Positions 10,156 to 20,400 of a DNA stretch of 64,000 nucleotides are shown here, in pieces. The translations under genes were made by a program, and so were the position numbers. Every line of letters begins with the position of its first letter. The first letter of the stretch is position 1. The DNA is from Fimbriimonadales bacterium. GTDB taxonomy: Bacteria; Armatimonadota; Fimbriimonadia; Fimbriimonadales; ATM1. The stretch covers positions 64,001 through 128,000 of the forward strand of contig JBPCLO010000013.1 in the NCBI GenBank assembly GCA_051003155.1. Direction: 5' to 3'. Below the pieces are notes generated by a model. The model was not told the origin of the DNA and did not search any database. It worked only from the letters and a program-made list of their open reading frames with translations.

Positions 10156-10395
10156 CTAATCGGTGACTACTTTAAGGTAGATCTGCTCGCCGTGCTTAGC
10201 GGCGGCAACATTGACGACCTGGCGCATCGCGCCGATGATCCGGCCGCTCCGCCCGATCACCTTGCCCGTGTCGTCGGGTGCGACCCGCACCCTGATCTGT
10301 GGATCGCCGCCGTCGGTGACTCTTTCGACCTCGACGGCATCGGGCACCTCCACGAGCTTCTCTACGCAGTATCGAACAAAGGGGATGAAGTCCAT
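10156..10395 (-). CDS. khpA: KH-domain RNA-binding protein KhpA
   Basis: 'DTGKVIGRSGRII' KH motif between rpsP and rimM. Confidence 0.9.
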   Translation of the reverse strand: MDFIPFVRYCVEKLVEVPDAVEVERVTDGGDPQIRVRVAPDDTGKVIGRSGRIIGAMRQVVNVAAAKHGEQIYLKVVTD

Positions 10396-10397
10396 GC

Positions 10398-10973
10398 TTA
10401 CTCCTCGGTCTTCTCAGCCTCAGGTTCGGACGCTTCTTCGACGGCCGCTTCTTCTGCTACCGGTTCTACAGGAGCCTCCACCTCAGCCGTATTCGGTTCC
10501 TCGACAGGCGCTTCACCGGATGATTCGACGGCCTCCGCTATAGAAGTCTTTTCGATTACAGGTTCTTCCGCAACGGCCGCTTCTGCAACCGGTTCCTCGA
10601 CGGCCGCTGCCGCGACCGGCTTGCGTTTCTTCTCTTTGACGGGCTTCTCGTTGCGGACGCGCTCCTTGACCGGCTTGCGCTTAGGCTTTCCAGCGGGTTG
10701 CGCTTCTTCGAACTCCGACCAAATGCCTTCCTTCTTGAGGAGCCGGATGAGTGTGTCGCTCGGGCTGGCGCCGTTATTGAGCCAATGAAGCACGCGATCC
10801 TTCTTGATGTTGATCAGCGACGGCTCTTTCAGCGGGTCGTAGTGGCCGAGCTGTTCTACAAAGCGGCCATCGCGCCCTGCCGAACTCGGCGCTGCAACGA
10901 TACGGTAGAAGGGCCTTGCCTTCGTTCCCATCCTTCTCAATCGAATCCTAACCAAATGCGTTTTCTCCTTCAT
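10398..10973 (-). CDS. rpsP: 30S ribosomal protein S16 with long Lys-rich then acidic C-terminal extension
   Basis: 'VRIRLRRMG...PFYRIV', 'GRFVEQLGHYDP', 'GASPSDT'; true start may be the TTG a few codons downstream. Confidence 0.95.
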   Translation of the reverse strand: MKEKTHLVRIRLRRMGTKARPFYRIVAAPSSAGRDGRFVEQLGHYDPLKEPSLINIKKDRVLHWLNNGASPSDTLIRLLKKEGIWSEFEEAQPAGKPKRKPVKERVRNEKPVKEKKRKPVAAAAVEEPVAEAAVAEEPVIEKTSIAEAVESSGEAPVEEPNTAEVEAPVEPVAEEAAVEEASEPEAEKTEE

Positions 10974-12310
10974 CTGCGTCGAGCTTTCTTGCCCCTGAGG
11001 CCCTTCTTCATGCCCGCAATCCTTGAAAATTGTTTCATCTGCCGCTGCATCTCGTCCAGCGACTTCACCAGCCGGTTAACTTCCTGCACGGTGGTTCCCG
11101 CCCCAGCGGCGATTCGACGCCGGCGCGAACCATTCAGTATATCCGGATTTCGCCTCTCCTGTGGGGTCATGCTCAGGATCACCGCCTCCGCCTTGGCCAT
11201 CTGGCCCTCGCCTTGGCCGTCCATCAATTCCTTTGGCAGGCTGCCGACCCCGGGTATGAGCTTCATGATGCTGCTCAGCGAGCCCATCTTCTTGATCGTC
11301 TTGAACTGGGTCAGCAGGGTATCGAAGTCGAGTTTGCCGCTCTTGAACTGCCTCTCGATCTCCTTGGCCTGCTCCATGTCGACAGCCTCTTGGACCTTTT
11401 CGACGAGGCCGAGAACGTCACCGAAGCCGAGGATGCGTTCGGCCACACGCTTACTGTCGAACGGCTGGAGGGTTTCGACGCCCTCGCCGAGGCCCATGTA
11501 CCGCACGGGCTTGCCGGTCACCGCTCGAACGCTCAGGACGGCGCCGCCACGGGTGTCTCCGTCGAGCTTCGTGAAGATCAGGCCGGTGAGGCCGAGCGCT
11601 TGATCGAAAGATTCTGCGACGCTTACCGCTTCCTGTCCCGTTGTGGAATCGGCAACTAGAAACACTTCCGATGGCTGAGTCGCATCGCGGACTTGACGGA
11701 TTTCGCCCATCAGGGCCTCGTCTACCTGCAGCCTGCCGGCGGTGTCGAGGATCAGTGTGTCGAGGAGCTTGTGCTTGGCTTCTTTGATAGCTCGCTTAGC
11801 GACCGATACGGGGTTTTTCTCGCCCAGGTCGGCAAACACGGGCACCTCGATCTGCTCGCCGAGCACTTGGAGCTGCTTGATCGCCGCCGGCCTCTGGAGG
11901 TCACAGGCGGCGAGCATCGGCTTCTTGCCCTGCTTCTTCAGCTGGAACGCGAGCTTGGCGGCCGTTGTGGTCTTGCCCGAGCCTTGAAGCCCGCAGAGGA
12001 GGATCACCGTAGGTGGGGAAGGCGACCAGTTGAAACTTGGTTCCTCGTCGCCGAGGAGGCGCACCAGCTCGTCGCGGACGATCTTGATGATCATCTGGTC
12101 TGGCGACAAGCTCTCCCAGACCTGCTCGCCGACCGCCTGTTCCTTGACGATGAAGATGAACTCCTTGACGACCTTGAGGTTGACATCGGCTTCCAAGAGA
12201 GCAATGCGCACCTCGCGCATCGCGTCGTCGAAGTCATTCTCGGAGATTCGGCCTTTGCGGCGCATCCGGCCAAAGATGCCGGTCAGTTTCTCGGTTAGGT
12301 TTTCAAACAC
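10970..12310 (-). CDS. ffh: Signal recognition particle protein Ffh
   Basis: 'GLQGSGKTT', 'DTAGR', 'TKLDGDTRGG', M domain 'SRRRRIAAGAG'. Confidence 0.98.
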   Translation of the reverse strand: MFENLTEKLTGIFGRMRRKGRISENDFDDAMREVRIALLEADVNLKVVKEFIFIVKEQAVGEQVWESLSPDQMIIKIVRDELVRLLGDEEPSFNWSPSPPTVILLCGLQGSGKTTTAAKLAFQLKKQGKKPMLAACDLQRPAAIKQLQVLGEQIEVPVFADLGEKNPVSVAKRAIKEAKHKLLDTLILDTAGRLQVDEALMGEIRQVRDATQPSEVFLVADSTTGQEAVSVAESFDQALGLTGLIFTKLDGDTRGGAVLSVRAVTGKPVRYMGLGEGVETLQPFDSKRVAERILGFGDVLGLVEKVQEAVDMEQAKEIERQFKSGKLDFDTLLTQFKTIKKMGSLSSIMKLIPGVGSLPKELMDGQGEGQMAKAEAVILSMTPQERRNPDILNGSRRRRIAAGAGTTVQEVNRLVKSLDEMQRQMKQFSRIAGMKKGLRGKKARRR

Positions 12311-13235
12311 GGGAGGCTCTATTATGACGGCTATAGGGGTCGAGCGAGGCGAACAGAACCTTAGCGAATATCGCGGCCTTTGCGCGGAGCTTCGGTACCA
12401 AGAACAGGCTGAGGATGCTTGCCAGGCCCCAGAAGCCGAGCCTCAGCGCGGCGCCCAGCCGGTTCAGCAGCCAAGCCGTTGCTGGTGCGGCTCTTCCGTG
12501 GTGTATAGCGAAATACAGCTCTTTCCCCCGATTGTAGTAAGCGATCGACTGCCAGCGGTTCGTCAGCGAACTCGAACCCAGTTCGTGTCCGAAAATTGCG
12601 CCCGGGATGTACCAAATCGACCCGTGATCTTGCAGGCGCGCGCACAGCTCCGTGTCCTCGCAATACAGGAAAAACCGCTCGTCGAACTTCAGAAAACTTC
12701 CGTCCACGCGCCTCATGAGGAGACACGCGCCCATGACCTGGGAGACTCGCAGCGGATCGCTCGATCTGCGCAAATGCCGAAGCGAGACCCAGTAGGTGGG
12801 AACGAGCTTTTCTAGGAACGTCTGTTCGCTGAACACCGCCCACAGCGTCAGGTCCCGGCATGCGGATTCCTGTGGACTGCCGTCCGGATTGCGAAGCATT
12901 CCGCCGCAAGCCACCGCGTCACGCTCTGTTTCCATAAACCCGGCTAGTTCCTGGATGGAGCCTGGCTCTTCGGCCCAAGCGTCTGGGTTGAGCAGAAGCG
13001 CGAACTCGGCTGTTGCCATCCACAGGCCGAGGTTGCCCGCAGCTCCGAATCCGAGGTTCTTCTTGTTGCGGACGACCCGCACGTGCGGAAACGACTCCCG
13101 TAAGAGGTCCGGCGTACCATCGGTGGAGGCGTTGTCCACAACGATCGTCTCAAAGTCCTCCGACAAGGAAGCGATGCACCGAACGATCGTTTCGGCGCTG
13201 TTGTACGTAACCACGATGACGGTGATGGTTGGCAC
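12303..13235 (-). CDS. Glycosyltransferase family 2 (rhamnosyltransferase-like)
   Basis: 'VVDNASTDGT', 'NLGFGAAGN', 'LLNPD', 'FDERFFLYCEDTELC'. Confidence 0.9.
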   Translation of the reverse strand: MPTITVIVVTYNSAETIVRCIASLSEDFETIVVDNASTDGTPDLLRESFPHVRVVRNKKNLGFGAAGNLGLWMATAEFALLLNPDAWAEEPGSIQELAGFMETERDAVACGGMLRNPDGSPQESACRDLTLWAVFSEQTFLEKLVPTYWVSLRHLRRSSDPLRVSQVMGACLLMRRVDGSFLKFDERFFLYCEDTELCARLQDHGSIWYIPGAIFGHELGSSSLTNRWQSIAYYNRGKELYFAIHHGRAAPATAWLLNRLGAALRLGFWGLASILSLFLVPKLRAKAAIFAKVLFASLDPYSRHNRASRV

Positions 13236-13380
13236 AGTGGTTGCCTATAAAGTGATGATCTGGGCCAGATAGATCATACGGTCGTGCAAGTCGCAGGGGC
13301 CCTGTTCGTACTGTCCACCATCGTCCTCTGGAAATCGTAGTTCATGTGCGGCAAAGTTTAGTACACTTATGCCTTCTGCA

Positions 13381-13857
13381 ATGAGCGAAGACGTTTTCCT
13401 AACCAAATCGGGATTCGAGAAGCTGCGCGTTGAGTTGGCGGAGCTCAAGGGGCCCAAGCGACAAGCCATGTCGGAGGCCATCCGTGAAGCGAGATCGCAC
13501 GGCGATTTGAAGGAGAACGCCGCCTATCATGAGGCTAAGCTGAACCAAGCGCGCTTGGAGGGCCGAATCGCCGATTTGGAGCGGGTCTTGGACATCGCCG
13601 AGATCGTGGAGCGGCCGGAAAGCGCGGAGGAGACCGCGCACCTTGGCAGTCGGGTGTCTCTTTTTGACTTCAAGTGGGAAGAAGAACTCGTTGTCGAGCT
13701 GGTGGGGTCATTCGAGGCAGACCCGAGCAACGGCTTGGTTTCCATAGATTCGCCGATGGGCTCGGCGCTGGTGGGGAGATCCCAAGATGAGGAGATCGAG
13801 GTCGACGCACCGGCCGGCATTCAAAAGTACCGGATCGACAAAATCGAGACGCCTTAG
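13381..13857 (+). CDS. greA: Transcription elongation factor GreA
   Basis: 'ARSHGDLKENAAYHEAK', 'SIDSPMGSAL'; alternative start 13369. Confidence 0.95.
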   Translation: MSEDVFLTKSGFEKLRVELAELKGPKRQAMSEAIREARSHGDLKENAAYHEAKLNQARLEGRIADLERVLDIAEIVERPESAEETAHLGSRVSLFDFKWEEELVVELVGSFEADPSNGLVSIDSPMGSALVGRSQDEEIEVDAPAGIQKYRIDKIETP

Positions 13858-14648
13858 TCCGTGCCGTAGCTAATCGTCGGCCTAAACAGAAAGGTCTTGG
13901 CGAAACCCGCATCGACATCCGGATGTTCAGCCATCCAAACCTCTTGAGGAATGCCCTTGCGGTCGTAAACGGCGACCGGGTCACGATAACGGTTCGTCGG
14001 CTTGCCTGCCTTCGGCCCGAGACGCCGCCACTGGGCATGGCCGTCGGCGAGCAGGAAGTTCGCGCCGCGCCCGTGCACCCACATGGTATTGGCCTGGGGC
14101 ATGATGTAAATGCCCTTGGGATCGCTTCCCGTGTTGAAGATGCACGGTTCCGACACGGGACCGCACGCCAGCGACGGGTTCGAAAACCAGTCGGAGTAAT
14201 TCGGGAGCTTGCCGAATCCTTCCCACAGCAAGATTGCGCTCGGCGGATCGGCCACCTCGGAGGCGGGGTACTGATGGAGATAACCGTTGTAAGCGTAGCT
14301 GAGCGCGGGCGCTGTGCTGGCGTCCGCTTCCGCGATCGGGCAGATATAATAAGTTGAATCCGGAGCATAGCGGCGGATCGCATTGGCCCAAAAGGAGTTG
14401 ATTCCCGAGGCGGGGGTCCTTGGGAGCCACCTCACACCGTCGGAAGGCATCGCGAGTGCGAAGGTGTTATCCGAATCGCGCTTATAAAGGAGCAGGGCCT
14501 CGCCCAACCGCCGCAAATGGGAGAGGCACCGCGCGCGCCGGGCGGCGTCTTTTGCGTGGGCGAAGACGGGCGCGAGGACCGCCGCGAGCGCAACGAGGAT
14601 GAGCACGACCACCAAGACCTCGACCACCGTAAGACCTCGCCTTTGCAC
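13854..14648 (-). CDS. Prepilin-type N-terminal cleavage/methylation protein, DUF1559 / H-X9-DG family
   Basis: GTG start 14648; 'RRGLTVVEVLVVVLI...PVFAHAKDAARRARCLSHLR' and 'HGRGANFLLADGH'. Confidence 0.88.
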   Translation of the reverse strand: MQRRGLTVVEVLVVVLILVALAAVLAPVFAHAKDAARRARCLSHLRRLGEALLLYKRDSDNTFALAMPSDGVRWLPRTPASGINSFWANAIRRYAPDSTYYICPIAEADASTAPALSYAYNGYLHQYPASEVADPPSAILLWEGFGKLPNYSDWFSNPSLACGPVSEPCIFNTGSDPKGIYIMPQANTMWVHGRGANFLLADGHAQWRRLGPKAGKPTNRYRDPVAVYDRKGIPQEVWMAEHPDVDAGFAKTFLFRPTISYGTD

Positions 14649-14649
14649 G

Positions 14650-17394
14650 CTAACACCCCGTGGTTTGTTGGGCGAGCACACCCGCCGCCGCCGCCAGAGC
14701 TGCATCGACCTTGGACGGGTCCTTGCCACCGGCCTGCGCGAACTCGGGCGATCCACCGCCACCGCCCCCGGCGATCTTGGCGACCTCGCGCACCAGGTTG
14801 CCGGCGTGCACGCCGCCCCTTACCGCCTCCTTGCCGACCTTGCAGATGAAAGTGACACGGCCGTTCCCCGAGACGGCGACGAGGCCGACGCCGGCAGGGT
14901 CTTTCTCGATCAGGCGGTCCGCGAGGAGCTTGCCGGCTTCTACGTCGCCCGAGGTCACACTTTGCGCGTAGAGGCGAACGGCTCCGACCACTTTCGGCTC
15001 GACCGAACTCGGATCGACGTCCCGCTTTCGCGCATCGCCTTGGACCTTCTTCGCCTCACGAAGTCGAGCTTGGAGTCTTTCCGCAGCCTTGGGCATGTCG
15101 TTCGGGTTCGACCTGAGCAGGGCGGCGGTTTCTTTGATCAGATTCTCGCGGTCGCGCGCCAACCGGTAAGCGCCGAAACCGGTCACGGCTTCGATTCGGC
15201 GCACTCCGCCGGCGCTGGAGCTTTCGCCGGTGATCTTGAAGAGGCCAATTTCCGACGTGCGCTCGACGTGAATGCCGCCGCATAGCTCGAGGCTAAAATT
15301 GTCGATTTCGACCATGCGCACCTTGTCGCCGTACTTCTCGCCGAAGAGCATCATCGCTCCGCGTTTGCGGGCCTCGGCAAGTGGCACATTAGGGTGGATG
15401 GAAACGGCGGTGGACTCTGCAATCTTACGGTTCACCAGATCCTCCACGTGATCGATCTCCTCTGGTGTCATGGCCTGGCCGTGCGTGAAGTCGAACCTGA
15501 GTCGGTCGGGAGCCACCAAGGAACCGGCCTGGGTGACGTGTTTTCCCAAGTCCTCGCGCAGCGCCGCGTGCAGCAGGTGCGTGGCGGTGTGGTTGCGAGT
15601 GATATCTCGTAGCCGTGCGGAATCCACAACCGCTTCGACCGGACGAAAGAAGGCGCCCGAGTGCATCGGTTTCTGAATGGCATCGCGGTTAAGCCCTTTG
15701 ACATCGCCGACTTCGGAGCGGACAAGGTCGGCGTCGTGCCAAGTCTGGCCGAGCTCTTTCCATGTGTCGGCAACGGTAAATTCGAATGTGTCGTTCGATA
15801 TGGTGCCGGTATCTCCGACTTGACCACCCGACTCGGCGTAGAACGGCGTCTCGTCGAGGCAGATCTGAAATCGGCCGGTAGTTAGTCCGGCCTCGTCGAA
15901 CCGGGGGCTGATCTGCACGAGATTGGCTCGATGGCGGTCCGTTTCATATCCCACGAACCGCGTGAATGTGGGTGCGTTGGGGGCGGCGAAGAGGAGCAGT
16001 GTCTCCGCGAAGAGGGAAGAACTGCCTTGTGCGGCGCGAGATCGCACCTGGACATCGGCGAGGTGCTCGTTGTACTCGTCGAGATTGACGCTGAGGCCGT
16101 GCTCTGCCGCGAGTTCCTGTGTGACTTCCAGCGGGAATCCGAAGGTGTCGTAAAGAAAGAACGCATCCGCGCCCGTAACTTTGCCCTCCCTTTTTAGGAG
16201 TGTTTCGAAGCGAGCGACACCATCCGACATGCCGCTCCGGAACAACGATTCCTCGCTTTGCAGCGTACACTCGATTAATTCGCGGCGTTCGCTCAATTCG
16301 AGGTAATAATCGCCGAGAGCCTTCTCTACCGATTTGGCGAGGTCCGAAAAGAATTGCGTTTTTAATCCAAGAATTCGGTCACCTTTGAGGATAGCTCGGC
16401 GAATTAATCTGCGAAGAACGTAACCTCGGCCGCTATTGCTCGGCAAAACGCCGTCGGCTACGCACATGCAGGCGCTCCTAGCATGATCGGCGATAACTCT
16501 TGCGGCCGCCTCTTTATTCCCGTCGGACCCCAATTCATAGCCCGCCCTCGCGGAAATCTCCTCCATGATCGGCGCAAACACGTCCGTTTCGTAGACGCTG
16601 GGCATGTCACCGAGAACGCTTGCCGTGCGCTCGAGCCCGCTTCCGGTATCGATGCCGTTTTGCGGCAGCGGGTCGAGGCCTTCGCGGGTGTACCCTAAAT
16701 GTGGCTTGGCAGGATCCTTCAGGTGGCCACGCCATTCGAACTCCATGAAAACGAGATTCCATATTTCGAGCCAACGGCCCGCTTTTTCGTCTTGTTCATA
16801 ATTGCCGGCCAATTCCGAATCAGGCACGGTCTGATAGAATATTTCGCTGCACGGTCCACAAGGCCCCGGCGGGCCGTTCGTTAACGCGCCGGCTGGCCAG
16901 AAATTAGCGTTTTCGTCTAAGCGATGAATTTTGTCTTCGGCCTTAAATCCTGCGTTACGCCAGACTCTTGCCCAAAGATCGTATGCTTCGTCGTCTTCAT
17001 TAAAGACGGTCACGCAAAGTTTCCTGGGGTCAATACCGAGCCACTCCGGAGACGTGAGAAGGTCCCACGCATACTCGATCGCGCCCTCCTTGAAATAATT
17101 GCCGAAACTAAAGTTTCCGAGCATTTCGAAAAAAGTGAGATGCGACGGATTTCCGACATCCTCGATGTCGACGGCCCGCACGCACTTTTGGCTGTTCACG
17201 AGCCTCCGACTCGGCGGCTGCGCGATACCTCGAAAATACGGCTTGAACTGCACCATGCCGGCGCCGGTGAACAGCAGGCTCTCGTCGAGCTTGCCGGTGA
17301 CGTCGATCGGAATAAGGGGAGCCGAATCGTGCCGAGTGTGGCCCTTCGATTCGAAGAACTCAACGAACTTTCGGCGCAGCTCTCGTGCATTCAT
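14650..17394 (-). CDS. alaS: Alanine--tRNA ligase
   Basis: 'HLTFFEMLGNFSFG', 'LEIWNLVF', 'NHTATHLLH', 'ELCGG.H', 'GGGGG..FAQAGG'. Confidence 0.98.
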   Translation of the reverse strand: MNARELRRKFVEFFESKGHTRHDSAPLIPIDVTGKLDESLLFTGAGMVQFKPYFRGIAQPPSRRLVNSQKCVRAVDIEDVGNPSHLTFFEMLGNFSFGNYFKEGAIEYAWDLLTSPEWLGIDPRKLCVTVFNEDDEAYDLWARVWRNAGFKAEDKIHRLDENANFWPAGALTNGPPGPCGPCSEIFYQTVPDSELAGNYEQDEKAGRWLEIWNLVFMEFEWRGHLKDPAKPHLGYTREGLDPLPQNGIDTGSGLERTASVLGDMPSVYETDVFAPIMEEISARAGYELGSDGNKEAAARVIADHARSACMCVADGVLPSNSGRGYVLRRLIRRAILKGDRILGLKTQFFSDLAKSVEKALGDYYLELSERRELIECTLQSEESLFRSGMSDGVARFETLLKREGKVTGADAFFLYDTFGFPLEVTQELAAEHGLSVNLDEYNEHLADVQVRSRAAQGSSSLFAETLLLFAAPNAPTFTRFVGYETDRHRANLVQISPRFDEAGLTTGRFQICLDETPFYAESGGQVGDTGTISNDTFEFTVADTWKELGQTWHDADLVRSEVGDVKGLNRDAIQKPMHSGAFFRPVEAVVDSARLRDITRNHTATHLLHAALREDLGKHVTQAGSLVAPDRLRFDFTHGQAMTPEEIDHVEDLVNRKIAESTAVSIHPNVPLAEARKRGAMMLFGEKYGDKVRMVEIDNFSLELCGGIHVERTSEIGLFKITGESSSAGGVRRIEAVTGFGAYRLARDRENLIKETAALLRSNPNDMPKAAERLQARLREAKKVQGDARKRDVDPSSVEPKVVGAVRLYAQSVTSGDVEAGKLLADRLIEKDPAGVGLVAVSGNGRVTFICKVGKEAVRGGVHAGNLVREVAKIAGGGGGGSPEFAQAGGKDPSKVDAALAAAAGVLAQQTTGC

Positions 17395-17419
17395 TGGAAT
17401 GGCTCAAAGGGTACCCATC

Positions 17420-20400
17420 TCACCGGATGTTGAAGTACTTCGCCTCGGGGTGATGGCACACGATCGCGCTTGTGGATTGCTCCGGCACGAGCATGAACTC
17501 CTCGGTGAGTTCGATGCCGATCTCCTCGGGACGCAGCAGTTCGAACAAGGTAGCTTGGTCCTCGATATTCGGGCAAGCCGGGTAGCCGAACGAGTACCGG
17601 CAGCCGCGGTATTTTGTGCTGAAGAGCAGCTTTATTTCCTGGGCATCGTCGCCGCCAAAGCCCCATTCCTCTCGCACGCGCTTGTGCCAATACTCTGCGA
17701 GCGCCTCAGCGGTCTCGACCCCCATGCCGTGGACGTAGAGGTAGTCCTGATACTCGCCATCCGCGAACATCTCCCTTTCGAGCTTGCTGACCTCGGAGCC
17801 GGTCGTCACGATAGTGAAAGCGGCGATGTCCATTTTTCCTGACTCGGTCGAATGGAAGAAGTCGGCGAGGCAAAGCCGCCTGTCCGTGGACTGCCGCGGG
17901 AATCTGAACCGCGCGCGAGCGACCTCCATGTCTTCGTGGTAAATAATCAGGTCGTTGCCGCAAGACTGCGCCGGGAAGTAACCATAAGCGACGCGTGGCC
18001 TGAAAACCTCCGCCAATTCGTTTTGCATTCTGGCGAACACCGGGCGGGCAGTCTCCTCCAAGTATTCGTTGAATTGCGCGTTATCCATGTCTTTGGGCCG
18101 TTTAAAGCCCCATTGTCCACGAAAGAGCGCAATTGCGTTAATATAGGGATAGACCTCGCGAATATCGATATCCTCGACGATCCGCCGACCCATAAAAGGT
18201 GGTTGTGGTGTTTCGATGTCCGTTGCCACATTGCTCTTCACACCGGCGAATGCGTAGAGCTCGGGATTTGTGTCCGGTAGGCGGTGGCTGGTGACGCGCT
18301 GGTAGACGGGTTCCTCGGTCTCTTCTTTATCCTTTGAAGCCGGAACTTCGTCGAGGCTTTCCATGATGTGCAACCCCTCGAAAGCGTCCTGCGCGTACCA
18401 AAGCTTGCCCTTGTAAATGCTGCGCAAGTCCTGCTCGACGTATGCGCGTGTGAGCGCGGCGCCGCCCAGAATGACAGGGAAGTCCTGCAGGCCCCGATCA
18501 TTCATCTCGACAAGGTTTTCCTTCATTACCAGCGTGCTTTTCACCAAAAGCCCGCTCATGCCGATGGCCTCGACTTTATTCTCTTGAGCTGCGGAGATAA
18601 TGGCGCTGATCGGCTGTTTAATGCCGATGTTGACCACTCGATAACCGTTGTTGCTTAGAATAATATCGACTAGATTCTTGCCGATATCGTGGACATCACC
18701 GGCAACAGTCGCTAAGAGGATGGAGCCTTTTTCGTCTCCCTCCACTTTTTCCATCAACGGTTCCAAGTGCCGCACGGCGGTCTTCATGACCTCAGCGCTT
18801 TGCAGAACGAAGGGCAGCTGCATCTTGCCTGCGCCGAAAAGCTCGCCGACCTCTTTCATTCCGTCGAGCAGAAGTTCGTTGATGATTTGGAGCGGCTCAT
18901 AAGTTTTAAGCGCTTCATTAATGTTTTCTTCGAGGTTTTTCTTGATGCCGTTGACGATATGTCCCTTGAGCCGATCTTCGATCGGGAGCGCTGCTAGAGA
19001 ATCCTCCGTCGGGCGCGAAGACTGTATGTTCTCGAATTGCGACATGAAGTCGACCAGCGGGTCGTAGCCCTCGGTGCGCTCGTCATAAACCAGTTTGCGG
19101 GTCAGTTCCCAGAGATCGGGTGCGACTTGGCTCTCCGGCATGATTTTCGAGGCGTTGACGATCGCACTCGACAGGCCCGCTTCGCGACAGTAGTGAAGGA
19201 ACACCGAATTAAGCACGTACCGAGACGACGCCTTAAGGCCGAAGCTGATGTTGCTGACGCCGAGGAGCGTGTTGACATCCGGATTTCGCGCGACGAGTTT
19301 GGCGATGGCGCCTATCGTCTCGATGCCGGCCTTTCGGAACTCTTCGTCGCCAGAGCCGAGCGTGAACGTCAGCGTGTCGATAAATACGTCGTGGTCCGGC
19401 AATCCGTAGGCGCGCGTGCTCTCCAGAATCCTCTCGGCGATTGCGACCTTTTTGTCCGCTGTCTTCGCCATGCCGTCCTCGTCGATGGTCAATCCCACGA
19501 CAGCCGCCCCGTACTTTTGGCATAGGGTAAGCACTCGCTCGACCCTCTCGCCGCCGTCCTCGAAGTTGATCGAGTTGACGATAGCTTTGCCCGGTATCCG
19601 CTTCAGAGCTTCCTCGATAACCGGCCATTCCGTGCTGTCCAACATAATCGGAACGGTCACCTGCTTCGCGTAATCGAACAGCAGGCGATTCATATCCTTT
19701 ACTTCGTCACGCCCGACATAGGCCGTGCAGACGTCCAAGACGTGCGCGCCTTCGGCCTCCTGTTCCCGTGCGAGTTCGGTCAGCGCGGTCCAGTCTTCGG
19801 CGGCGAGCAGGTCGCGGAACAGCTTGCTGCCGTTCGCGTTTGTCCTTTCGCCGACAATGAGGAAGCTCGGGGTTTGGTCGTACGGCTGGAATTGGTAAAG
19901 CGATGAGCAGCCGACGAGCGGTTCGATCTGTCGCCCTACGGGCTTCATTTTGCCGATGGCTGCCGTCACTGCCTGGATGTGATCCGGCGTTGTGCCGCAG
20001 CATCCACCCACGATGTTCACACCGAATTCGGTGGCGAACTTCAGCTGGTACTCCGCTAGGTCGGCGGGTGTCAGCTTGTACGCTGCCTGTCCGTTTTCCA
20101 TAACCGGTAGGCCGGCGTTGGGCAGGACGCTGATCATTCGGGTCGAATGCTGTGACAGATATCGAACGTGCGGCTGCATCTCCTCTGGCCCCGTGGCACA
20201 GTTGATCCCGATGCCTGTGACCTCGGGAAAGCACTCTAAAAAGTTAACGGCCGCGCCGATCTCACTGCCCACGAGCATCGTGCCGGTCTGCTCCATCGTC
20301 ACCTGCACGAACAGCGGGATACTGCTTCCGGCCTCCTTGAGCGCCGCGATCGCGCCGCCGACGGTCGCTTTCACGTTCAAGAGGTCCTGCATCGTCTCGA

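Noticed and set aside
17395..17419. T-box leader for alaS
   Set aside because: Only 25 bp separate metH and alaS.
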